Assembly (NCBI RefSeq): GCF_000737315.1
Contig: NZ_JMCB01000013.1
Coordinates: 20,001 to 144,000, forward strand
DNA: 124,000 nucleotides
Direction of reading: 5' to 3'
Source: Hyalangium minutum
GTDB lineage: Bacteria > Myxococcota > Myxococcia > Myxococcales > Myxococcaceae
Shown here: positions 17,161 through 26,360 of the stretch, piece after piece
Layout: the number at the start of each line of letters is the position of its first letter
Position numbering within the stretch: the stretch's first letter is position 1
Notes under the pieces: model-generated
The model's input: the letters and a program-made list of their open reading frames with translations, nothing else
What the model was told of the DNA's origin: nothing
Database searches by the model: none
Made by a program: the position numbers and the translations under genes

Positions 17161-18090
17161 ATGCCTCCAGAATCCCTGCTTGTCGTTGGAGTAGGAGACA
17201 TCCATGGGCGCTTCCACCGGGTGGAGGCGTGGATGGATGCGCTGGAAGCGGCGCGCGGTCGCTCCGTGGATTTCATGGTGGCGGTGGGGGACGTGGAGGC
17301 GTTCCGGCGGGCGGATGACCACCGGCGCAAGGCGGCCAAGCGCGCCATGCCAGCCGAGTTCGCCGAGTACGCGGACGGCACGCGGCGGATGAAGCGGCCG
17401 CTGTACTTCATTGGCGGCAACAACGAGGACTTCGAGGCACTGCACGACCACCCCGAGGGTGTCGAGCTCGCACCGAACGTGCACTACCTGGGGCGGGCGG
17501 GGCTGCGGCACGTGAGGGGGCTGCGGGTGGGCTACCTGTCGGGCATCCACGCGCCGCGCTTCTTCGAGCAGCCCATAAAGCGGCCCACGTCGCTGGATTC
17601 GGCGAAGCAGGCGGGCTACTTCCGCACGCCCGAGGTGGAGAAGGTGACGGGGATAAGGGACGTGGACCTGTTCCTGGTGCACGAGTGGCCCCGGGGCATC
17701 GTCCAGCGCGCCCGGGACGAGGCGCTGCCCTCCTCGCGGCCGCTGCCGTCCTACTGGATTGGCAACCCCATCACCCGCAGGCTGGTGGACACCATCCGGC
17801 CGAGGTGGGTGCTGTGTGGGCACTCGCACAAGGGGTTCGCCGTGTCGCTGGGCGGCGAGGGCCACCGGCCGGTGACACGCATTGCCTGCCTGGATCAGGC
17901 TGCCCGGCCGGAGGAGGCCGTGTTCTGGCTGGAGTACGAGGGCCGCGAGCCCGTGCGTGCGGGGTGGGGCCTCTCGGGCGAGGTGGCGTGGAAGGCGGGA
18001 GAGACGTGGAACCTCACGCGCCTGCCGGCCACCCCGCCTCCCCGTGTCTCCGAGGACGCAGGCGAGATGGAGGAGCACGAGTCTCCCTGA
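17161..18090 (+). CDS. Calcineurin-like metallophosphoesterase resembling lariat debranching enzyme Dbr1
   Basis: GDIHG, VGD, GGNNE, HEWP, GHSH motifs with Dbr1-like spacing and flanks. Confidence 0.8.
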   Translation: MPPESLLVVGVGDIHGRFHRVEAWMDALEAARGRSVDFMVAVGDVEAFRRADDHRRKAAKRAMPAEFAEYADGTRRMKRPLYFIGGNNEDFEALHDHPEGVELAPNVHYLGRAGLRHVRGLRVGYLSGIHAPRFFEQPIKRPTSLDSAKQAGYFRTPEVEKVTGIRDVDLFLVHEWPRGIVQRARDEALPSSRPLPSYWIGNPITRRLVDTIRPRWVLCGHSHKGFAVSLGGEGHRPVTRIACLDQAARPEEAVFWLEYEGREPVRAGWGLSGEVAWKAGETWNLTRLPATPPPRVSEDAGEMEEHESP

Positions 18091-18096
18091 GCGAGC

Positions 18097-21000
18097 TCAG
18101 GCGTTCGTGGTGGGCTCCTCCGGAAGGGAAGGCGGGCCCGCGGGCTGCAGCAGCACCTCGAAGGTGGTGCCCTGGCCGGGCGTGCTGCGCACACGGATGT
18201 CTCCGCCCATGGCCTTGACGTAGGTGTGGCACAGGGACAGCCCCAGCCCCGTGCCCATCCCCACCGGCTTGGTGGTGAAGAAGGGATCGAAGATGCGGGG
18301 CAGCACCTCCGGCGGAATGCCCGTGCCGGTGTCGCTTACCTCCACCCTGAGCGGGCCCGCCTCTTCCTGCCGCGCGGTGAGGCGGATCTCGTGCTGGTCC
18401 GCGTGGCCCTCGGGGATGGCCTGGGCCGCGTTCACCAGCAGGTTGAGGAACACCTGGCCCAGATGCGTCTCGTCTCCCATGACCCAGAGCGGCCCCGTGT
18501 AGTCCTTCACCAGCCGGGCCCGGTGGCGGATCTGCCCGCCCGCCATGGAGGCCGCCAGCTCCAGCACGGGCGCCAGATCCACCTGCGTGGGCTGCCGCGG
18601 CTTCGCTCGGGAGAACGTGCGGAGATCCTGGATGATGCGGCTCATCCGATCGGCACCTTGCAGTGCCTCGGCGAGCGCCTGCCCCACCTCCTCCATCCGC
18701 TCGCGGTCCTCCGGGGGCACGTGGAGCGCACGCACCTCCGAGTCCACGAAGTGCAGGTTGGAGATGACGAAGGACAGCGGGTTGTTCAGCTCGTGGCCCA
18801 CGCCTGCGGCCAACGTGCCCACCGCTGCCAGCTTCTCCGCGTGGACCAGCCGCTCCCGCGCGTCCTGCAACTCCTGGACGTGGGCCTGCAGATCCGCGTT
18901 CACCGTGGCCAGCTCCTCGGTGCGCTGGGCCACGTGGGACTCCAGCTGGCGCTCGCGGCGGCCGGCCTGGCGCAGGCGCAGCCACACCAGGCCCGCCACG
19001 GTCAGCACCACCGCCAGCCCGCCCATCGCCCGGAACCACCCCGTTTGGTGGAAGCGAGGTTTCAGCTCGAACATCAGCTCCACGCCCGGGGCCGCGCCAC
19101 CTCCGTCCGCGTACTCCGCCTCCACGAGGAACCGGTAGCTCCCCGGCGGCAGGCTCAGGTACCAGGCCTCGCGCCGGGTGCCGGCCTGGACCCAGTCCTC
19201 GTCCGCCCCCTCGAGCCGGAAGCGGAAGCGCACCTGCTGGGGTGCGCGCAGGCCCGCCGAGGTGTAGCGGATCTCCACCCGGCCCTCACCCCGGGGGATG
19301 GAGCCCCGCTCTGACGGAGGGATGGGACGTCCGTCTACCCTCAGCTCTTCAATGAGCACCGGAGCCGGGGGCAGCCGCGCGGCCTCGGGGCCCGGCGTAT
19401 ACGCGACAGCGCCGCGGATGGTGGGGAACCAGAGCCGGCCGCTGCGATCCCGCCACCCAGCGGGGGCACCCAGGGCGTTGCACTCCGCCGAGCGCATCCC
19501 ATCCTCCGCGCCATAGACGCGCGGGGTGAGGTGCACGAGCCGGCCCTCGGCCACCGCGTCCAGCTCCGCCTTCGACACGTGGGAGATGCCCTTGTTGCTG
19601 CTCATCCACAGGTCGCCCTGGCCGTCTTCGAGGAGCTGGAAGATGCGGTTGTCGTAGAGCCCGTCCGTCACGGAGAAGCGCCGGAACTGTCCCTCCTTCC
19701 AGCGGAAGAGCCCGTCATCGGTGCCGATCCACAGCACACCGTTGCTGTCCTCGTGGAGCGCCGCGACCTTGCTGTTCAGGGGCCCGCGCTCGGGCGCCAG
19801 CAGGGTGCTCCGCCCCTGGAGGAGGTGGGCCAGCCCGCCGTCCCGGGTGCCCAGCCACAGGCCTCCGGCGGCGCTGGCACGCAGCAAGCTCAGGTCCTTT
19901 CCAGGGAGCCCGCCCTCGGGCGTGAAGGGCTCGAAGCGCTCCCCGGTTCTGCGCGCCAGTCCCGTGGGCGTGCCCACCCAGAGGGTGCCCTGGGCGTCCA
20001 CCTCCAGGTAGAAGGCGCGCACGTCCGTCAGTCCCTGTGCCTCGCCGTATGCGGTGAACGTACCGTCGCGCCAGCGGTTGATGCCGCTGCGCGTCCCCAC
20101 CCACACGTTGCCTTCCGGGTCCTCCGCGAGCGTGCGGACGCGATCCAGGACGAGGCCGTCGCGCGGCGTCCAGGACGTCATCGTCCCGTCGCTCTGCATG
20201 CGGGTGACGCCGCCTCCCAAGGTGCCGAACCAGATGCTGCCGTCTCGCATCTGGCGGATGGTCAGCACCATGTCGCTCCCCATGCCCTCCAGTGGCCCGT
20301 AGGGCGTGAAGGGCGCGTCCTTGAGGCGGTGGAGCCCTCGGGCCTCCGTGCCCACCCACAGGTTGCCCTCGCGATCCTCGAGCAGCGTGCTCACCAGGCA
20401 GCCTTCCAGCGGGTGCCCGCGAGGCAGCTCCGAGAGCTGGCCGTGAGACCACCGCTGCAGCCCTCGGCCCAGCGTCCCCATCCAGAGTGTGCCAGCCCGA
20501 TCGAAGAGCATCAGGCCAATGGGAGCACCGGCCGTGCCTGCTCCCGGCACCGGCCGCATGACTCCGTCCACGAGCTGGTAGACGATCCCCGCCTCGGTGC
20601 CGGCCCAGAGCGTGCCCCGCGAGTCGAGGGTCATTGTCCGCACTGTGACGCGCTTCTGGCCTTCGAAGGGCAAGGGCGCCGTCCATGCGGTCCCATCCCA
20701 TCGCTGCAGGCCTCCCTCGCTGCCCGCCCAGATGCTGCCCTGCTCGTCCTCCACAAGCGCCAGCACCGTGTCGTTGGCCAGCCCGTTGGCCACGGTCCAC
20801 GTCCGCAGCTTCCCGTCGGAGACTCGCGAGATGCCGTGCCCATCCGAGGCCACCCACAGACTTCCGTCGCGGGTGGCCAGCAGCTCGTTGGGGCTGGAGA
20901 GGGCCTTGTCCGGCGGAGCGGCCAACGCGAAGAAGGTGCCCTCCCGGAAGCCTGCAATGCCCTCGGTGGTGCCGATCCACAGCGTCCCATCCGGCGCGAG

Positions 21001-21282
21001 CTCCAGGTTCCGCACGGAGCGGCTGGGCAGGGCGTGGGTGTTCGCCGGCTCGAAGACGGTGAAGTTCACCCCGTCGAAGCGGACCAAGCCCTCCCAGGTG
21101 CCGCTCCACAGGTAGCCGTCCGGCGTCTGGGCCATGTCCAGCACGCTGTTCTGCGGCAGCCCCTCCGCCGTCTGCCACGCCCGGTGGGGGAACTGGAGCA
21201 GGGCCTTGTCCGGGTCCAGCGCCCAGGCATGCCCCCAAGCTCCCAGCACGGCTCCCAGCAGCAGGATCCCCCGCAGGCTCAT
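18097..21282 (-). CDS. Sensor histidine kinase with two-component regulator beta-propeller repeats and Y_Y_Y domain
   Basis: Many D..G.LW.GT repeats, FRFRLEGADEDW, TM helix, GHELNNP H-box, HATPase boxes. Confidence 0.93.
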   Translation of the reverse strand: MSLRGILLLGAVLGAWGHAWALDPDKALLQFPHRAWQTAEGLPQNSVLDMAQTPDGYLWSGTWEGLVRFDGVNFTVFEPANTHALPSRSVRNLELAPDGTLWIGTTEGIAGFREGTFFALAAPPDKALSSPNELLATRDGSLWVASDGHGISRVSDGKLRTWTVANGLANDTVLALVEDEQGSIWAGSEGGLQRWDGTAWTAPLPFEGQKRVTVRTMTLDSRGTLWAGTEAGIVYQLVDGVMRPVPGAGTAGAPIGLMLFDRAGTLWMGTLGRGLQRWSHGQLSELPRGHPLEGCLVSTLLEDREGNLWVGTEARGLHRLKDAPFTPYGPLEGMGSDMVLTIRQMRDGSIWFGTLGGGVTRMQSDGTMTSWTPRDGLVLDRVRTLAEDPEGNVWVGTRSGINRWRDGTFTAYGEAQGLTDVRAFYLEVDAQGTLWVGTPTGLARRTGERFEPFTPEGGLPGKDLSLLRASAAGGLWLGTRDGGLAHLLQGRSTLLAPERGPLNSKVAALHEDSNGVLWIGTDDGLFRWKEGQFRRFSVTDGLYDNRIFQLLEDGQGDLWMSSNKGISHVSKAELDAVAEGRLVHLTPRVYGAEDGMRSAECNALGAPAGWRDRSGRLWFPTIRGAVAYTPGPEAARLPPAPVLIEELRVDGRPIPPSERGSIPRGEGRVEIRYTSAGLRAPQQVRFRFRLEGADEDWVQAGTRREAWYLSLPPGSYRFLVEAEYADGGGAAPGVELMFELKPRFHQTGWFRAMGGLAVVLTVAGLVWLRLRQAGRRERQLESHVAQRTEELATVNADLQAHVQELQDARERLVHAEKLAAVGTLAAGVGHELNNPLSFVISNLHFVDSEVRALHVPPEDRERMEEVGQALAEALQGADRMSRIIQDLRTFSRAKPRQPTQVDLAPVLELAASMAGGQIRHRARLVKDYTGPLWVMGDETHLGQVFLNLLVNAAQAIPEGHADQHEIRLTARQEEAGPLRVEVSDTGTGIPPEVLPRIFDPFFTTKPVGMGTGLGLSLCHTYVKAMGGDIRVRSTPGQGTTFEVLLQPAGPPSLPEEPTTNA

Positions 21283-21366
21283 GGCCCCATCATCCCAAGA
21301 AACACGAAGGGCCGGGCGCCACGATTGGCACGCCCGGCCCCTTGCTTCAGCCCCTACCGAGTGCGG

Positions 21367-22662
21367 TTACCAGGGGCAGTTGACCACTTCCACCGTGCGG
21401 GTGAGCGGGGCCGCGCTGTTGCCGCCGCTGTCCGTCAGCGTGTACTGCACCGTGTAGACGCCCTCGACCCAGCCGTTGGGGAAGCCCGTCCAGTGCGCCT
21501 CGGGGGTGATATCGCCGTAGCAGGTGTCGAACGCCGTCCAACCCGGATCCACCCACTGGCTGCCGCACTGGTGGACCATGTGCGTGGGGCCCTTGAGCGC
21601 GAACTGCGGCGGCTTGGTGTCGTTCACCGTCACGTTGCGGATGGCGCTGACCGTGCGGCCCTGAGCATCCCACGCGATGTACTGCACGGGGTAGGTGCCC
21701 TCGGCGCAGGTGGCCGGCCCGGGGCCGTACGCGTCGTGGCCCGAGTTGTAGTAGTGCACCTCGAGATCCGAGCAGTCCGCGTTGAACGCCTGGGCGCCCG
21801 GATCCGTCCACGTCGTCTCACCGCACTCCAGCGTCATGTCCAGCGAGCCGTTGGGCACCAGCAGCGGGCCCGAGCCCGGCGTGCACGCGGAGCTGGTGCT
21901 CATGTTGCTGCTGTTGCGGGTGAGGTTGTTCGGGTTGTTGCTGCACACCTGGCTGTTCACGCACGCCAGCGCCGCGTGGCTGCAGGTGCCGTCCGTGTTG
22001 CAGATGTCCGTGGTGCAGCTGTCGCCATCGTCGCAGCTCGCGCTGCCGCTGCAGGCGGTGGAGACCACCTCGCCGTTGAGCACCACGTCCGCGCGGCGCA
22101 GCCGGTTCTCCGAGCAGCAGTCATCCACCTGGGTGATGACCACGCGGTTGAGCTCGCCCGCCTTGACGTGCGAGGCCAGGTTCGTCGTGCCGCTGCCGCC
22201 CAGGTACACGTAGCTGCCGGGGATCACCAGGCCGCCCGGGTGCTGGGAGTTGTAGATGGTGACGCGCGAGCCGTCGTCCATGCCGGTGAAGCTGATGGTG
22301 AACGTCGTCACGGCCACGTTGGACGGGATGTTCACGAACGTCTGGAAGTAGGTGAAGTCGCCGTACGCCAGACAGGTGGTCGGCGCGCTACACACCCGAG
22401 AGGGAATGTCGAAGTTGATATAGTCCGGGTTCGGCGCCGACACCCAGTCCGGATCCGAAGCGGCCGGAACGCTGGCCACGTCGTACTCACAGTTCTGCCC
22501 GTGCTGCGTGGGGTTGCAGCTGAACCGCACGAGTCCCAGCGGATTGCTGGCCGTCACCTCGTTACCATTGTGCATCTGCCACGGCGAGCGGCTCTGGGCC
22601 GCCGCGGGCAGGGCGAAGAGAACGGCGAGAGTTCCTACCGCGCCTACCAACTTGTTGATCAT
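21367..22662 (-). CDS. Secreted protein with lectin-like N-domain, Cys-rich linker and two DUF5011/Ig-like domains
   Basis: Signal peptide; CDDGDSCTTDIC repeat; two LECG/HQCG..W.DPG Ig-like units; start set at MINKLV. Confidence 0.75.
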   Translation of the reverse strand: MINKLVGAVGTLAVLFALPAAAQSRSPWQMHNGNEVTASNPLGLVRFSCNPTQHGQNCEYDVASVPAASDPDWVSAPNPDYINFDIPSRVCSAPTTCLAYGDFTYFQTFVNIPSNVAVTTFTISFTGMDDGSRVTIYNSQHPGGLVIPGSYVYLGGSGTTNLASHVKAGELNRVVITQVDDCCSENRLRRADVVLNGEVVSTACSGSASCDDGDSCTTDICNTDGTCSHAALACVNSQVCSNNPNNLTRNSSNMSTSSACTPGSGPLLVPNGSLDMTLECGETTWTDPGAQAFNADCSDLEVHYYNSGHDAYGPGPATCAEGTYPVQYIAWDAQGRTVSAIRNVTVNDTKPPQFALKGPTHMVHQCGSQWVDPGWTAFDTCYGDITPEAHWTGFPNGWVEGVYTVQYTLTDSGGNSAAPLTRTVEVVNCPW

Positions 22663-22709
22663 CTGGTGTAGCCCCCTCGTCGGAGCGGCCAGCCCGTTCT
22701 GGCCAAACT

Positions 22710-22744
22710 TTTTGACGCCCAACGTCACAGTACCAGCGTCAAAA
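22710..22744. promoter_or_regulatory. Nested inverted repeats (candidate operator)
   Basis: TTTTGACGC-N17-GCGTCAAAA with internal TGACG-N5-CGTCA. Confidence 0.4.
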
Positions 22745-22834
22745 GTGGTTCTTACTGTACCGGGAGAGCAGGCTCGATCTCAAGGGGGGAACAGGTATTA
22801 ATCGCGTTTTTCAGATCTTGATAAAGGCGGCCAA

Positions 22835-23073
22835 TCAAGGGGCAGGGAAGAGGTAAGTCTCAATAAAATCAAAGGCTTGCTGATCGTGGGTGATCTTTGC
22901 ATCCACATCCGCCTGCAAGAAAGTACCTCCTGCGCTGAAGGCCTCATCGAAGCTGTGGTGGACGTTGTGTTGGAGTTCGCCAGCAGCGCCATGAGGGTGC
23001 TGCCCCCGTGGGACCAGCCGAGCACGCCCACGCGGTTCATGTCGATGCCGGGCACGGTGGTGAGGACCTGCTG
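22835..23073 (-). pseudogene. Internally deleted alpha/beta-hydrolase (dienelactone hydrolase-like) remnant
   Basis: IDMNRVGVLGWSHGGS segment joined out of frame to a HHSFDEAF...FDFIETYL C-terminal segment. Confidence 0.6.
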
Positions 23074-23217
23074 AAAATCTTCCCGGCAGGCGGAGAGAGG
23101 AGCTCGGGCTGGGAGGTGACCGTCCGCTTTGACGGACAGGAATCCGCGCAACCGGCAGACGCCTCCTTCCGATAATGGAGGTATCAGCCACACTGAATCC
23201 CAAAGGCGGGGTCTGCC

Positions 23218-23355
23218 ATGAACCAGGCTTCCGAAGTCATCAACCTCGAAGAGTTCCGCAAGAGCCGCAACGCCAAGCCGGCCACCGTTCGCGCCACCCC
23301 TCCGACGACCTTCTGGTCGCCCGTCTGGGTGTGGGTCATGGTCTGGTCGGCGTAA
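23218..23355 (+). CDS. 45-aa small protein (MNQASEVINLEEFRKS...WSPVWVWVMVWSA), absent from the ORF track
   Basis: Clean ORF with GC3 bias, VINLEEFRK motif and Trp/Val-rich tail. Confidence 0.65.
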   Translation: MNQASEVINLEEFRKSRNAKPATVRATPPTTFWSPVWVWVMVWSA

Positions 23356-23361
23356 ACCCTC

Positions 23362-24192
23362 TTAGGTCGAGGAGGGCGCCAGGCCCGCGCTGTGTTTCAC
23401 CAGGATCGCCCGGGAGTACGCCATCGCGAAGCCGAGGCGCGCTGCATTGCGCTCCGTGGGAATGCCCGGCCCCGAGATGATGACGGCAAGCTGGCTGCCT
23501 TGCTCTCGGCCCCGCTCCATCCTGGCGGCGATCAGGGCCTGCTGGACGCCTCGTCCTCGCCACGCGGGCTTCACGGACGTTCCGAACAGGGCAGTGAGGC
23601 CGTCCCGGGACTCGCAGCCCCCCGCGCCAATGGGTTCGCGTCCCTGGCGAGCCAGGAAGGCGTCCTGCACGGGCCGGCGCACGGCCTTCATGCCCAGCTC
23701 CAGGAACGCCGGTGGCAGAGGCTCGCCGTCCTGGAGGAAGCCGCTCTCGGCGACCTCTACGTACTCGCGGACCGCGGCGTCATCCTCGGGGTTGACGCGC
23801 TCGACGGTGATGCCTGTCGGCCAGCCGAGTGGCAGCAGCTCCCGGTAGGAGTCCTTCTCCGAGAGCTTGCGGACCAGCACGTTGGCGAACTGCTGGAGCA
23901 CGAACCCGCGCTGCGCCAGCGCGTTGAGCAAGGCCGGGAGGACGAAGGGGCTCAGCTCCACACGCGGCTCGACGCCTCGGGTGGTGAAGAACGCGATGAG
24001 CTCATCCAGCTCCGCATCGGTGAGCGGCCGCTCGTACCCGATTCCGCAGGCCTTGTTCACGTAGGAGCCGGGGCCATCGCAGGCCAGCCAGCCCTCGGCC
24101 AGGGGGCGGCGTTCCCGGGCCAGCTCCGAGGCGGCGAGCGCCTGCCGGCGTTCCACGAGCCGGGCGATGTCGATGAAGCTCCAGTCATTCAT
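23362..24192 (-). CDS. GNAT family N-acetyltransferase
   Basis: C-terminal acetyl-CoA motif WRGRGVQQALI...SERN-like PTERNAARLGF. Confidence 0.85.
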   Translation of the reverse strand: MNDWSFIDIARLVERRQALAASELARERRPLAEGWLACDGPGSYVNKACGIGYERPLTDAELDELIAFFTTRGVEPRVELSPFVLPALLNALAQRGFVLQQFANVLVRKLSEKDSYRELLPLGWPTGITVERVNPEDDAAVREYVEVAESGFLQDGEPLPPAFLELGMKAVRRPVQDAFLARQGREPIGAGGCESRDGLTALFGTSVKPAWRGRGVQQALIAARMERGREQGSQLAVIISGPGIPTERNAARLGFAMAYSRAILVKHSAGLAPSST

Positions 24193-24364
24193 GGGCGTAG
24201 GTCCTCTGGCAGTGCGGGTGGCAGGGCTGGGCGTTGAGCATCTTACGGTGACGGTGCGTTTCCACCCCCACCTGGGCGAGAGGGGTGGCTAACGTCACTG
24301 CGCCCCGGGACGCGGTGCCGGTCCGTCTGCTGACGGTGCGCGCCGGGGCGGGAGGATTCACCGA

Positions 24365-25393
24365 ATGCGTGGTGGCGAGAGGCAGCAAGTGTTCGCGGGG
24401 CTTGATCTGGGCGGGACGAAGATCCAGGCCGTGCTGGTGGACGTGGAAGGGAAGGTCGTCAGCCAGTGCCGCCACGCCACCCCGCAGCAGGGCGGCCCAC
24501 AGGTCATCATCGAGGAGCTGTTCGCCACGCTGCAGGAGGTGACGCGGATGGTGAATCTGGAGCCCTCGGCGCTCGCGGGCGTGGGGGTAGGGGCTCCCGG
24601 CGCGGTGGATCCGGTGGCGGGCGTGCTGCTGCAGGCGGGCAACCTCCCCGGCTGGCACGGGCCTCATCCCCTGGCCGAGATCTTGTCGAAGAAGGCGAAG
24701 GTGCCGGTGTTCCTCGGCAACGACGTGCAGGTGGCGGTGATGGCCGAGGCGCGCTTGGGAGCTGGGCGCTCGTACCGTTCGATGCTCGGGGTGTGGTGGG
24801 GGACGGGCGTGGGCGGAGGCATCTACCTGGACGGCCGGCGCTGGACGGGGCGCGGGGCGGCGGGGGAGATCGGCCACATTGTCGTGCGGCGGGGCGGCGC
24901 GAAGTGCTCGTGCGGGCGGCGCGGGTGCATGGAGGCCTACGCAGGCCGGGGCGCTATGGAGCTCAAGGCTCGCAAGGCCGTGGCGCGCGGGGAGAAGACG
25001 CGGCTGTTCGAGCTCATGGAGTCGCAGGGCAAGGACCGGCTCACCAGCGGCGTCTGGATGAAGGCGCTGAAGCAGGAGGATGGCCTGGCCGAGCGGCTGA
25101 TCGCCCGTGCCGTGCGGATGCTGGGGGCCGGCATCGCGTCGGCGGTAAATCTGCTGGATGTGGAGGCGGTGATCATCGGCGGCGGGCTGGGCACGCGGCT
25201 GGGCGAGCCGTACGTGGAGCGCATCATCCAGGCCATGCACCCACACCTCTTCGTGTCCCAGCGGCCTCCGGACGTGCGCCTGTCGGCCCTGGGCGAGCTG
25301 TCCGGGGCCATTGGCGCGGCACTGCTCTCCGAGCCTCCGGCGGCGGGGACTTCTTCGCACCGGAGCTCCCGGTCCGTGAAGGGTGAGGTCTGA
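24365..25393 (+). CDS. ROK family sugar kinase
   Basis: DLGGTKI, GNDVQVA, GTGVGGG, GEIGH, CSCGRRGCME. Confidence 0.92.
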   Translation: MRGGERQQVFAGLDLGGTKIQAVLVDVEGKVVSQCRHATPQQGGPQVIIEELFATLQEVTRMVNLEPSALAGVGVGAPGAVDPVAGVLLQAGNLPGWHGPHPLAEILSKKAKVPVFLGNDVQVAVMAEARLGAGRSYRSMLGVWWGTGVGGGIYLDGRRWTGRGAAGEIGHIVVRRGGAKCSCGRRGCMEAYAGRGAMELKARKAVARGEKTRLFELMESQGKDRLTSGVWMKALKQEDGLAERLIARAVRMLGAGIASAVNLLDVEAVIIGGGLGTRLGEPYVERIIQAMHPHLFVSQRPPDVRLSALGELSGAIGAALLSEPPAAGTSSHRSSRSVKGEV

Positions 25394-25423
25394 TCCCGAG
25401 CCCTCAGAAACGGGCGGGCCGGC

Positions 25424-26320
25424 TCAGAACCGCCCGCTGAGCACCACGCTCCCAGGACCGCCCGACACACTCACCGAGGCCGCGCCTGGAGACGCCTGGG
25501 GCTCGCGGCCGTGGAGCAGCAGCGGCACGGCCACGCCGAACGCCGAGCCCAGCAGCGCGCCCGTGGCCACGTCCGTGAGGTAGTGCTTGTCCGCCGCCAT
25601 GCGCAGCAACGGCACGGTGGTGGCCAGCGGCAGCCCCACGCCCCAGATCCACTCGCGGTGCTTGTACCCGCGCAGCTCCGCCACCGTCCCCGCCGACACC
25701 ACCAGCGCGAACGCCAGGTTCGTGTGCCCGCTGTAGAAGGAGACGTTGTTGTCCGTGGGGTGCTCGGTGAGGGGCTTCTGGTCCTCGGGCAGCACGTGGA
25801 CGAAGGGCCGCTCGCGGTCGGCGAGGAACTTCACCGTCTGGTTCAACACCGAGGACAGCACCGCCGTCTGGATGATGATGCCCGCGTCCTGGAAGAAGAC
25901 GCTCCGGGGCGCGCCGCTCCCGTGACTCAGGGCGTACTGCGCTCCCAGCACACCCACTGGCAGCAGACCGAAGTCCACCACGTTGCTCCATGTGTCCGCG
26001 CGCTTGCGCTGGGCCTCGGTGCTGCCCGCGATACCCCGGCCCCACTTGTCCAGGCCGTTGAGCGAGTCCGTCCCGTCCGCGTTCCGGTCGCACCAGCCAC
26101 ATGTGGCCGAGGCCAGGTCCTTCTTGAGGAAGGCCTCGCTGCCAATCCAGATGAGGGCGCCAACGCCCGTGAGGGCCCCATCCCGGGCCCAGTTGAACCG
26201 CAGTTCATGAATGCCAGAAGCGGGGCTGGCGACGGGCGCAGCCTCGGGGGGCACGGGAGATGCAGCGAGCAGGGAAGCGAGCGCCAGGGCACACGGAGCG
26301 GGAAGCACGGAAGGAAGCAT
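25424..26320 (-). CDS. PAP2 family phosphatase
   Basis: K...RERP, SFYSGH, RMAADKHYLTDV motifs. Confidence 0.88.
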   Translation of the reverse strand: MLPSVLPAPCALALASLLAASPVPPEAAPVASPASGIHELRFNWARDGALTGVGALIWIGSEAFLKKDLASATCGWCDRNADGTDSLNGLDKWGRGIAGSTEAQRKRADTWSNVVDFGLLPVGVLGAQYALSHGSGAPRSVFFQDAGIIIQTAVLSSVLNQTVKFLADRERPFVHVLPEDQKPLTEHPTDNNVSFYSGHTNLAFALVVSAGTVAELRGYKHREWIWGVGLPLATTVPLLRMAADKHYLTDVATGALLGSAFGVAVPLLLHGREPQASPGAASVSVSGGPGSVVLSGRF

Positions 26321-26360
26321 AAACGGCCGCACCTCGGACGTTCTACACTCCGCTCACGGA

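Noticed and set aside
21325-21345. TGGCACG...TTGCT as a sigma54 promoter
   Set aside because: GG-GC spacing is 15 rather than 10, and no gene lies downstream on that strand.
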